A stretch of 64,000 nt of DNA from Vairimorpha necatrix. Taxonomy: Eukaryota. Numbering within the stretch: position 1 is the stretch's first letter; each line of letters begins with the position of its first letter. A program made the position numbers and the translations under genes. Positions 48,301 through 60,828 of this stretch are shown here, piece by piece. The notes beneath the pieces were generated by a model, which made no database searches, was not told the origin of the DNA, and saw only the letters and a program-made list of their open reading frames with translations. The stretch lies in contig CP142734.1 of the NCBI GenBank assembly GCA_036630325.1, forward strand, positions 682,001 to 746,000, in the 5' to 3' direction.

Positions 48301-51300
48301 TGGCTTTTGGTTTTATTATTACTTTTGTTCCCGTCTAAATTTTAAAAAGACATCTTTAAAACTAATGTTATTGTGCGAGCGAACGTTGATTTCTCTTCAG
48401 AACGTACAAAAATAATAAATAGAAAGAACATGAATACATTAATAATTGATTGTTTTGTATTAAACGGTTTTAAGACTAGATATAGTGAAAATCTCTGTAT
48501 CTTCTTTAGTTTTACAATTCACTCTGTTGTTTATGAGAATTTCTGCAATCGTAACTTCTTTAGAAAAAAACAACGATAATTTTAGTTTTTTGGTTTTGAT
48601 ATTATTATCAAGTCTTTAGTTAAAATGACCTCGTCACCCATTTCAAGTGTATATTGAGATATGGACCTAAGAAATACGATCCATATATGCAAGGTAGATT
48701 AAAGTTTCTAACACAGTTTGAATTGTTCTCCAAGAACATTTTCGACACATCTCTTTTATTTTCTGTCTCAAGTCAAAATTCTATTTTTTTTCAGACTATA
48801 ATTCAGAGACTCGTTCTAATCATGCGTAAAAACGAAATTAAATCCTGGTATTTTGTTTGAAAAAAATAAATGAATTTGTTTTATCGCACTATGATTGTAT
48901 AAATTTAATTTGTAAAGAACTTTATAGAATGTTTAAGCCATTCATTTTTATTTTCGGTTCTAGAATTGTCAAGGGAAAGCAAATCCTCTATAAAAACATG
49001 TTCTTAAATAGTACTAATATTCGTTGGTTAAATCTTTCTATTTACCAATTTGATTGTGAGTGATGGGGCACACTATGTTTTTGATCAATAAAAAAGTCTG
49101 CAAAGTTTATTTATATGTAAATTATAGAATTTTCATTCATTATTGCTTTAAAGAATCTTGGAGAGACCAGTTATATTGTAAAATAAATAGTAGGTTTTCT
49201 ATAACCTCTCCTCCCGTTTTACTTTTTTTTGGAAAGGCCCAGTTAAACTTACAATACACATTAATATTGTTAAAATTCAACAATTCTCATTGTCAAATTT
49301 TTTATAGTGCTTAATAGCGATTAAATCGATCATATTAGCTTCATCGGTTTAGAGGCCGTTATATAGACTTGGCTATTACTGTTTACAGACGCGATTGTAT
49401 ACATACAATGCATTCGAAAAGAACTTTTATAATATTGTCCCTAGGGATTTTCAGAGAAACCTTATTTCATGATGACTTAAATCTGTTAACGCCTTTGTTA
49501 CGAGACTGGTGGAAGCTCAACATTTGACTTCGATGGCTTCAAGATGTTTACTATAAAAACCGGTAGGTGGTTTCATATGTCTCATACCTTAAATATAGTG
49601 CCTCATCTACAAGAAGGAAATTGGCAGCCTTTTGTTTTTACTGTTTTTTGTCGCTTTTCTAAAACAACTTTATTATCTTTGCCTCGTAAGATTAATGTTA
49701 AATTTTCGTGTTCAACATCTTTTCTGAGAGAAAGAATATTTTTAGATGGGAAAATTTATTTTGGCCAAAATGTTATTATGCCAGTATATTCTTTTTGAAA
49801 AATTTTATAAATAAAATTCAATGTTCTGGTTGTATACTAACGAGTTTTCGCACGAGTCGTGGATTCGAATCCAGTTTGAAGTGTTAATTAATCTAAATGA
49901 GATATGATTCGGACAGGGCCTTTCGTAATGAAAACTCAGGGACAATGCTTGAACAAGGCAGAAATCCTAAGGAATCAACGCTCGCGCGCCATATTAACTA
50001 GCTTAAATTGTGAGTATTTATTTAAAAGTGCTTTATGTAGATAAGTTATAATCTTTCTTCGTATCGTTTTTCTTTATTTCTAGAGTTCAAAAACTGATTG
50101 AGAAGAAAATATTCATTTAATTTAAATTCAACGAAACAAAAGTGAAAATAAGCATTATGAGATGAAAAATAGATGTAATAAATGGATAAAAAACGTATGA
50201 GTTTGAAGCTAATAAAAAGGGGATGGAATATGAAGCAACTGAAAGAATTAGAAGAATATCCGAACCACTAGAAATAATATCTAGAGTCAATAAAGCAATC
50301 TTAGATCTGCGTGTTTTTTTTAATTTATCATGCTATACAATACTTTTTTGATATTTTGGGGAAATATAAGGCCGATGTATGGATGATAGTAAATAGTCTT
50401 ACAAAAAAAAATTCTAGATATTTTGGAATTGATATAGAGAATAGTTAAATTATAACAAGTGATTTAAGCTTAAATTGTAAATTCAAAAAAATTGACAATT
50501 TAATAAACTCCGTTTTTATGTGGGCTAATATGTTGAAGTGTATACAAAAGATTCTTATAATGTTCTTAAAAACGAGGAACATAAACTAACAGACACTATG
50601 AATTTAGGAAAATAGTAGTTAAGTATATTTATAGGAGAGGGTATCGCATAGGGAGAGGCATTGTTATTTTATGTTTAACCCTTATTCATTTAATAGCAAT
50701 ATTTAATTAGATGTTACAGCGAAACAACCTTAATTAACGTCGCTATGATTTAATAAAATTATAAATAAAGCAAAATGTTACAGTTTAATATTAGTGCGAG
50801 CATACTTTAACATCTATATAAAATTTAAATCATATATAGGTATTGAATTTATCAAAAAAAAAATTTTAGCTTTTGGTTCACACAAAAAATACGTTCTAAT
50901 ATTATACTTAGCATATATAAAAAATTGAAATTTCAATAAGAAAATAAGTTCTATGGCAGCCCTAATCATAAACAACGCTCAGATAGTCAAAAGGTTTTTT
51001 ATAAGGGTCTAATATTTTAATTGTTTGTTAATCTGAATTTTTTTAATGTATGCTTGAAGTTGCTTACAGCTAATTTTTGTTTCGTAAACTGCGTTTAAGT
51101 TTTTTTTATAATAGTGCTAATTCCCAGTTTCGAAATATCATGAAATTATCTTTGTAGATTTCTAACTTTGTCAGTTTTGTAGACATCTATTAGAGCAACT
51201 CATAAAGTCATTTACAAATGGCAAACATACAATTAAAAACCATAGTTAAATGTTTTTTGCTTAATAAACAAATAGTCTTTAATGACAAATCAAAACAATT

Positions 51301-52369
51301 ACGCCTCAGAAATCTAGACTAGCGCAATACCATGCTCCTTCAAGAAAATCACCCTCATACATATACTATAAAATATCCTAATCATTGCACACATGACACT
51401 AGCTTCTTTTTATATTAAATTTAGCAAATTACTATATTTTTTAGGTTCTTGTTTTGTTAAAAAGATTCTTAGATAGGTTTTTGGTAAATTAGATATCAAT
51501 TAAACATTTAATTCAAAAACAGCTTATGTCTATGAGGTATACATAGTTCTACACACAAAAAATATTTAGTTCGTGTATGATATTGATCTTTGAAATACTT
51601 ATTCTGCATAATGTTAGTTTCGATTTCGTCATGTTTGTTTATTTTATTTACTGTGGTGCCAGAAACATTATCGGTGAGTAAAAAAAAACTCTACTGTTTT
51701 TTACACAATTTTGTAAAAACTCATCTGTATTGACTTCTAATTTCCATTTCTTTCATTTGGTTTTTTTTGTTCCCTTCTTTCTAAGAAAAATGTTTGTAAA
51801 AATTAATTTTATATAACAATTCAATTTCTAATAAAAATGAGAAAATTGACATGTCGTAGAATTGCAGTCCTTAAAATTTACACAATTATAAATGTTTGTA
51901 ATCTTCATTAGTTCTTTTGCACTGTAAAGCAGTGACTGACCTATCATGTCTTGCTTTACATAAATAATTTTTTACCCTTAAAAAAATTATTCATCCAATT
52001 TGATATTATATCATTTTTTAAGTATATTATGCCAAACATAAATATTCAACCAAACAATAACAAGAAAATCAAAGAAAGAATTATTCTTTATATTCTTTCC
52101 AGTCGATTGAATATTTTGTTCATTAAAGGTGTTTGTTTATGCGCAAATTGGTCCGAAGCGCTATTTAAAAATTGTTACTCGTTTACATTTTTTTGCTTAA
52201 AAATGCCTAAAGGCTGTCATGTCTACATGATTCATATAAACATTTACTTATTGATATAAATTTTGTATTTAAAAAGAAGAAATTTATATAAAAAAGGATT
52301 TGTTTAGTTTTATTACTCATATTTTTCTATTATTTGTAATTGTGTCTCTAATATATTTGTTTTTTGCCT

Positions 52370-53705
52370 ATTTTTTAATAGTATGGTGGTGAATATGACC
52401 ATATTGAAACAATTAGATATTTTTTCTGCCGTGTTTACTCTCATGTGTTATTGTAAATATCTTTTTAAGTTATTATATTCGTAAAACACAGTTTCAAAAT
52501 AAGTATTAGAATCGTTTTTAGAATTTATTAAACCTTTTAAAAATTGAAAAAAACTTTATAACCATCGAAAAATGAAAACGCAAAGATGTATAAGCGAAAA
52601 TGAACTTTTAATGATTGTTTGAAAACATTCGTACAGTATTTTATTTGCGATTTAAATTTTATTTGAATATTGATATGTTCTTAGAAGTACTTTTTAAATA
52701 TCATTTTTTTTAAGGTCAATCTTGTGTTCGGATTTTGTCAATGATAATGCGTGTATGCGGTAAGTGAAAAGGGGGGGATGCTTTAAAAAACTTCTTATGT
52801 TTTGAACTATATATATATTATAAATTATATTTTTTTGTGTTTTTTAATTTAAATCGATGTTCTTTTTTATATAGTTACTAACATATATTACTTTCATCAA
52901 TTATATTTTCATTAGTATGGGAATAAATTCAAAAGTATAATTGATGATGGTGTTATATACGTCATATAATAAAGATAAAAGATAATCGTTATATAGAAAA
53001 TAAACACAAAAAATATAATTTATTGTATATATATAGAAAAAAAAGATTATAGATATAGATATATAGAGAAAAAGATTATAGATATATACAGAAAAAGATT
53101 ATAGATACATACGAAAAGATTATAGATATATTATACAAACAAGAAATTTGATTCTGTGGATATATAAAATAAGATTTAAGATATATAAGAATGGATAATG
53201 AATATTATCAATTAGATACAAAAGATACGATAGATGGCCATTGTAATTAATAGATATAAACCAGACAAATATTGATTATGAATATAAGGAGGGGTTTATG
53301 GTATCATTCTTCTTACTTTACTCATACACGCATTAATATTAACAAAATCCGAACACAAGATTGACATTACAAAAACATGATATTTAGAAAGTACTTCTAA
53401 GCAACATATCAATAATCAAATAAAATTAAAATCATAAATTAAATACAATACAATGATTTCAAACAAAAATTTAAAAGTTCATTGTTTGATCAATACATTT
53501 TTGCATTTTTCGATGGTTAAATGTTTATTCAATTTTTGTTACGGTTTAAAAAATTCTAAAAACATTTTTATACTATTTTAAAACTGTGTTTTTACAAAGG
53601 TAATATTTTAAAAACATATTTACAATAATACATGATAGTAGATACAAACAAAAGAATATCTGTTGGTTATATTATGGTCATATATATTTCTACACTATTA
53701 AAAAA
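52370..53705. repeat. Large imperfect inverted repeat (foldback/MULE-like non-autonomous element)
   Basis: Arms ~52370-52770 and ~53310-53705, e.g. GTCAATCTTGTGTTCGGATTTTGT vs ACAAAATCCGAACACAAGATTGAC; inner IR 52810-52845 vs 53002-53037. Confidence 0.8.
53035..53130. repeat. Tandem repeat of AAAAGATTATAGAT-core units (4 copies)
   Basis: Direct reading of the sequence. Confidence 0.8.
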
Positions 53706-55597
53706 ACTATGTAAAAAGTAAGTAAAAGATTGCTTACAACCCCAAAAAACATTGTATATTGACTTAGAAAATAGTAGTTGAAAGATATTAATGACAAAGC
53801 ATAACCATTCACTCGCATAAAATCATTTTTTCCTCGTATAACTTATAATGCTTGCTAAAATTATTTTTTTCTGACAGCTGACATTATTACGTTTTTTCCA
53901 TATTTAACCCTTAGATCAAGATTAGTCACTAATAATTCTGTGCTATATTGCAAGCTCTTAAGCTTTTTATTTTTTTCTTCCTATTAAGATGAGTGATTAT
54001 TATTTTTTAGCTTTATAAAAACAATTACTGTATCTGATTCGACTATAAATTTTAATAAACATATATTCCTTTGTAATATTTCTACATATATAACCTAACT
54101 GACGTTAACGCTAGGTACTTTGCTCATTTTTAATAGTTTTTAAATAATTTTTTATTGAAGGCGACGGCTCCCCTGGCATGCATTGGTCTTTGTTTAGTTT
54201 TGACCCGTCATAGCTTTGCTATGCATTTCTCCTCTCGCAGCTAATACCCTTCTTTTCTAAAATATGCATTTATAAAAAATAAAATTCTAGAAAATTCATT
54301 TTTTGAGAAAAGTTTTTGTAAGAAAAAATAATTTTTTTAACATGTGGATAATACCACAGTTATAAATCTATATTCTAATCGTCTGTCAAAATAGCCAAAA
54401 CTGATGACCCTCGATATAAACTTAATTCTTTTAAATATTGAATTAGCCGTTTCGACTTAATTCAGCTGTTTTTGATCGTTCTCATCGTGTTACCTTTACC
54501 TGGTTTTGTATTATATCTTCTGTAGTCGGATTATCACTTGATAATCTCTATATTCTTTATAGTGTCTATAATACTTCATCAATTTTTTTTTAACTCCGTT
54601 ATTGCTTTTTCCACTTTTCTCTTAACATCCTTAATCCAAAGTAACTAAACTCAAATATTAGCTCGTAATCGTTAATGATAGTTTCTCCCCATTTTCTATC
54701 CTTATATAAAATCGTAACACGATCTTCTTTTCTAAAATTCTCTTTTAGATGTTTTTTATCAAAATGGGAAAGCGGTATTCCTTTCATGCGTCGTACAAGA
54801 TCTCCCTTAGTTTTTGTCTATTGTAAGCGTTCGTGTGTTTCAATTATAGCCGTATCTACTTTGTCTAAGGTTTCTTCAATCCTTTCCTCGTCCGTTAAGG
54901 ATTTAAAATTCATCTTCCTGTATAGTTTTAAAAGTAGCTTTGTGGGGTTGCCACCAGATGAAAGGCCATACGGAAATATCACTCTATATGTTCCTTTCTG
55001 CATTATTATTTTTTATTATTGTTGTAAACAGTTTATAATTCTGTGAGACTCCTCATTCATCTTCCTTATTTTGATTGTTTAAAGCAGAGGTGGGCAAAAG
55101 CTGGGCCGCGGGACGAATCCGGGCCTTTTGCTAATTTTATCCGGCCCGCTGAATAATTCTAACGCAATTTTTTAAAAACTCTTTGTGAGATTTTGTTGAC
55201 TAAACATTATTAGTATGCGAACTGTATATATAATAGGCGAAATAAAATAACCGTTTGGCCGATTACACTAGTGTGAACGATGCGGGTCGCTTGCGACAAT
55301 CGCTCTCATGGTGGGGTTTTTATCGAACACAAAGTAGATCGCGCTAGGTTTAAAATGCATGTGTGGACAACATATGCTGCACTCCTCTCAGCCTCTCAAT
55401 GTTTGGGGGACGATAGTTCGCAGCCCAGGTATTGTTAATTATTATTTTATTCTGATCGCATACTCTTTTTTAGTTCGAATCTACCATTGGTTTGCATATA
55501 TAAAATTGAAAAAGTGGACTTTTTGTAAGTAAATTTTTAAAACTTTGGTGTTTTTTTATTGTTTTTATTTAACTTATTTTTTTGTAGTCCTTTTAAA

Positions 55598-57409
55598 ATG
55601 AGAGAAACTAAGAAAAGAAAAGTTGATTTGGAATGCAGAAACTTCAATGAAGCTTGGACGGTAAAATTTCTTTTTTCAAACATTAATAAGAAAGCGATTT
55701 GTTTAGTTTGTCAGGAAACAATTGCTGTTTTCAAAGAAAACAATTTAAGCAGGCATTTTACAACAAAACATCCAAAATATGCAAATATTTACTAACAAAA
55801 ACTTCAAAACATAGCTGAAAACTTAACAAAAAACTTGAATCAGTAACAAAAAATTTTTAACAAACGAATTAATATTGTAAAATCTACTACAAAAGCAAGT
55901 TATGCTGTCGCACACAAAATTGCTAAGTTCTGTAAGCCGTTTTCAGAAGCAGAATTTGTTATACAATGCATCGTACAAGTGTCGGAGATATGTTGTCCTG
56001 AAAAGAAACATATTTTTGAAAATCTAAGCCTTTCGAGAAGAACAATAGTACATCGGATTGAAAATATTTCAGGAAACTTACTTGACCAGCTAAGCAGAAA
56101 AATTGCTGATTTTACCTATTGTTCTCTGGCTTTAGATGAGTCCTGAGATATAACTGAAACAAGTCAATTATTAATATTTATTCGCGGCATTAATAAGAAA
56201 TGTGAATTTAGCGTGGAACTTCTTAGTGTGCATCCAATGAAAAATACAATTACTGGTAAAGACTTTTTTCTTGCTGTTGAAGAGTGTTTAGTTAAAGTTA
56301 GTTTAACTTGGAATAAAATAGTAAGCGTCACTACGGATGGCTGTCCTAGTTTAACAGGGCAAATATAGGCTTACTTAAACGAATTCGCGACAAAGTAAAA
56401 AAAGTTACAACCAGAACACGATATATTATTTTTGCACTGCATTATTCACCAAGAAATGCTATGCAGAAAAGTTTTGAAATTAAATCACGTCGTTACTGTT
56501 GTGACCAAATCTGTAAATTTTATCCGAGGACGTGCCTTAAATCATCGACAGTTTCTTGAATTTTTGAAAAAAATTGAAAGTGACTACTACGAAATTCCCT
56601 ATTACACTGAAGTGAGATGGCTTAGCATTGGTAAAGTTTTACATAGTTTAAAAAATTTGCTTGATGAAATAGTATCATTCTTGTCGATAAAAGAAAAACT
56701 ACAAGATTTTCTTGAATTGCAAAATGAGGCTTGGCTAAACGATTTCTCGTTTTCAGTAGATATAGTAAAATATTTGAATGAACTAAATATAAATCTACAA
56801 GGTAAAAACCAATTCGCTTTCAATATGCTTCAAACGTCAAAGCATTTATGTAAAACTCAATTTATTTGCTGAAAACTTCAATAATAAATTATTAATTTAT
56901 TTCTACTCATTGCAAGCACGGCGAGAATCATTAAAAAATACAGATTTTTTTAAATATAGTGCAATAACACAAGACCTGCATTCTAAATTCCAAAAAAGAT
57001 TTTAAGATTTCAAAGATATTGAAAAACCTTTATCATTAATTAGCCATCCTTTCAATTTCGACGTGCAAGAAGCCCTGTTGAAATTCAACTAGAACTAAAT
57101 GACTTACAATCAAAAAATTTACTAAAAGAAAATTTTTACTCAAACGAATTGAGTGCTTTCTATGGCGCGTTAAATAATGAACATTTCAAACATTTTTTGA
57201 ACTATGCTCAGAAAAATCTTGTTTTATTTGGTTCGACTTATATTTGTGAAAGAACTTTTTCTTTAATGGTTTCCACGAAAAATAAGTATCGATCACAAAT
57301 TACTGACGAAAATCTACACTCGGTATTAAGGATTGCTACAAGTGATTTAGAACCAAAAAATGAAGAAATAATGTCGGATGAACATTCGACATTTCAAGTT
57401 TCACATTAA
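55598..57409 (+). pseudogene. hAT transposase, disrupted
   Basis: BED-like ICLVC...LSRHFTTKH, SLALDES, TTDG, HCIIHQ, EVRWLS, FGSTYICERTFS. Confidence 0.9.
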
Positions 57410-57572
57410 CATTAAATATTTATTTTAACGTTTGATGTTTTTTTTCTTTTTTGAATTTTTTTTACTATTATATTTAGAGATGCAATATAAATGTTAAATT
57501 GTAATAACCATGTGTCAATATAAATAATAAAAAATCGTTAAGACATAAATAAGTAACAAAATAAAATTTTTT

Positions 57573-60090
57573 TGTTCCCTGAAGGCAAAGATGGGGCAGT
57601 CTGAGGCTTGGTATTTGAAAAAGAATTCTTTTTAAGAGACATAATATTTATTTATATAATTTCTTTATATAGTTTTATTCTCGGCCCGAAACAATCATGA
57701 TTCAGGTTGAGATGAAACGTTTGAAATATCTTGTTTCAGTCCTTTATTGGTGCTGCAAGTGATGACGGTAACACTCTTCCCTCTTCTAATTGGAGCTGTC
57801 CGTCTAAGATCGACTGGGCATTCTCTGACAAATTTTCTTCTGTCTTGAATGTTACGAAATCACTGCGGTTAATGTGATGTTCTGTGTCATCCTTCAAACT
57901 TTTGATTAGATACGAGCCTTCCGTTTTCCTCCATATTGTTATGTATAGTCAAATGTAGATCATGTTGAGTTCACTGCTATTCATTATAACTATAGTATCT
58001 TTAGCATTAACAACATGCCTATCATCTCTCGTAGATCGCCTTTCCCCCTTTGTAAAGTGTTCTCTATTCCGTGTGTTGATTATTTCCAGATTTTCCTCGG
58101 TTTTTAGTCTTTTTAAAGCTAAATACTCTAATGGGATTGTAAATAACATTTTGAAGTAGATTGTCAAGACGTGTATCATATTTAGTAAAACTGGTTTTGT
58201 ATCATTTAGTATTTCTAATGAAGACATTCCGAGTTTTCCGTTCGGTAACAGGCGGTAGTGAAGAAGGCCAAGAGACAAGACATTGTCCCAGTGACTTGAG
58301 TAATTAAACATAAATTTAGATGGTTCTACTAAAAGACTCTGATTTGTTCTCTCCTCTATTATCCCTTTTTCTAGGTCGAGTTGGGTGTATATCTTCGCAC
58401 CGCTCAGATATGTTAAACATTCTTCGATCAGAGGTGGCTGACATACTTCCTTTCCCGTAATCTCGTTAAGTTCTCTGAAATCTATACACAATCGTTTCTT
58501 ACCATCTCGTTTTGGGGCCACTACTATTGGGAAACTCCATCTACTAGTACTATCCTCTATGATACCTTCTTCTAAAAGACGTGATACTTCCTCCTGAACA
58601 AAATTCCTCTCGTCTATACTTAATGAATAATTTCTATTACACACTATCTTAGGTGTGTTTAATTGTATCTTATGTTCAACAAAGTTCGCAGGGGATTTAC
58701 ATGTCAAGTAATTTGATTCATATTCGTGTAAAAGCTTCTGTTTAACGAATATTTTCTTATCCGAAGGCAATCTTTTTAAAAGGCTACTGAGATATAAGTT
58801 TTTGGAAAGAGTACGACTTAATAACTTTATTATTAATCACAATTATTTGGTCGTCGTAGTTCATTCGTATTCCGTGGGTCCTCATAAAATCTCTTCCCAC
58901 AATGACGTCGAAGTTAAGGTCATTTACCACAAGCAAGTCGGCTTTATAGTGGTTTCCTTTCATCCTACATCTTTTTTTTATTTCATCGATCCGAGAATAG
59001 GAGGTGGCGGTTGTTAGTACGGATTCCTCAGTTTTCTTTACAGTTCTGTTTCCTATCAGCCGTCTGTTTATGAAAGAATGAGACGCACCGCTATCGAATA
59101 GTATTCTCACAGGGGTAGTAGTATTGAGGTGCCATTTGATCGTGGTAAATTCTTTGTCTTCTTGAGACTGAATGTCTTCTATTGACATTACCTTCTTGGG
59201 ATTATTTTTAAAGCAATCCTTATACAAATGTTCTCCGCCCCACTTGAAGCAATTAAGTTTCTTTCTTTCGTTGTCTTCTGTTTTGGAAGGGGGAGCCCTT
59301 TGTCTGATCGGCCCACTACTCTCTGTTATCGTCCTCGCCATTTTCGAATGTGACGTCTCATTGGATTGTTGATTTCTCTCGTACCAGTCGAGGAGTTCTT
59401 CCCAAGATTCTGTTGCTTCAGCCCTTTCTCTCAAGGCCAACGGAAAGTGTTTTGCTATTTCCTCGATTGGGTCTTTGACTTCAATATTCGCCCTCTTGTT
59501 CAAAATCATCAGATAGTGTATAAAATCTTCAATGCTTCCTTGCATTGGACCTTCATAAACTTTCTTATAGATAATTTTAATTAGATTCGCGTTTTGCTTC
59601 AGCTCTTCTTTCCCATATTTATTTAGAAATTTTAATTTAAATTCCGCAAAAGAAGTACTGTTATCTTCGATTACGGCTTCGAATCATTTTAGTGCTGATT
59701 CAGAAAGAAAATTTTTAGCATAAGCGAGCATTTTCTCATCCTTCCATTCACCTTCTAAGTATTTGAATGATTTATCCATGGCCATGCATTGTTGTTTGAT
59801 TTGCCATTGTAGGATATCATTCTGAGTCCAGTGTTAACTCCAGGTTTTTCTAATAAATGTTCCATTGTCGTTGGATTCGCAAAGTTGTCGCCAGTGTTAC
59901 CTGAAGGCGAAGATGGGGTAGTCTGAAGCTTGGTATTTGAAAAAGAATTCTTTTTAAGAGACATAATATTTATATAATTTCTTTAAATATTTTATTCTCA
60001 GCCTGAAACAATCATGTTTCAGGTTGAGATGAAACGTTTGAAATATCTTGTTTCAGTCCTTTATTGGTGCTGCAAGTGATGACGGTAACA
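57573..60090 (-). mobile_element. Internally deleted gypsy element
   Basis: LTRs 57573-57773 and 59895-60090, PBS TGGCGACAAC, gag/PR (LFDSGA) 58784-59545; ORF 57949-58770 fuses RT N-terminus (to LDLEKG) to integrase tail, with no YxDD or RNase H. Confidence 0.92.
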
Positions 60091-60828
60091 CTTTTATTGT
60101 GTGGTTTATCTAATAGTCATTTATTTATAATAATAATATTTCTTTAAAAGGTACTTGACATGTTTTATTCTAATTGAATTGATACTTAATATTTTTGTTA
60201 AAAAATGGGCAGGGAAAAAACATCCAAAATTTCCGCTTGTGTAAAGCAAAGCCGAAATAGTCCTCCGGCCCGGGAGACATTTTAAAAAATTCATTTTGGC
60301 CCACAGCTTTATGTATTTGACCACCTCTGGTTTATAGTGTGGGCAAAATAGAGTAAAATGTTTATAACAAATTATTTTCTATAAAAAACATTTATAGGAA
60401 AAACAAAATTAAATAAAGTGGTCATTAATACTGTGAGGCTGGCTTCTGCCGCCTGCTTTAAGTGCTTTTAATTCAAAATGATTTTATTGTTACTTGGTGG
60501 CGTGGAGTTTTCCATCTCCGATTCTTTCCTTAGCTTCATCCTCTCGAAGGTGATTTTGCTTAAATAATTAAGAATGACCGTTTTGACATGTTTGGCAACT
60601 GAGGTCGTGCACAGGGATGTGTCCCGTCCTGAGGTAGTTCTCTAGGATGCTGTGGCACTTGGATACATCGATCCCTGTAATATAATCCTTAGTTGGAAAA
60701 GATTTATTTATTTTCTCTTGATTGCTCTTGAAAGGCATGGGGTTAAAAAATTATTTCTTTTTATATTTTTGAGGAACAAAATATTTGAAAGATGATTTTA
60801 CGTGTGGTAATACCACATTCTGCCTCTC

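Larger units (their letters stand above)
55085..60329 (+). mobile_element. hAT transposon (Buster/SPIN/GTF2IRD2-like) with nested LTR element
   Basis: TIR CAGAGGTGG(G/T)CAAA, 8-bp TSD GTTTAAAG/GTTTATAG with central TA. Confidence 0.92.

Noticed and set aside
48373-52259. Short ORFs as host genes
   Set aside because: Low-complexity F/I/K/N-rich ORFs, mostly non-ATG starts, no recognisable domains
53035-53130. CRISPR-like array
   Set aside because: Low-complexity AT repeats with tiny non-unique spacers, no cas genes, eukaryotic context
53904-53915. piggyBac end TTAACCCT (also ~50675)
   Set aside because: No matching opposite TIR or transposase found
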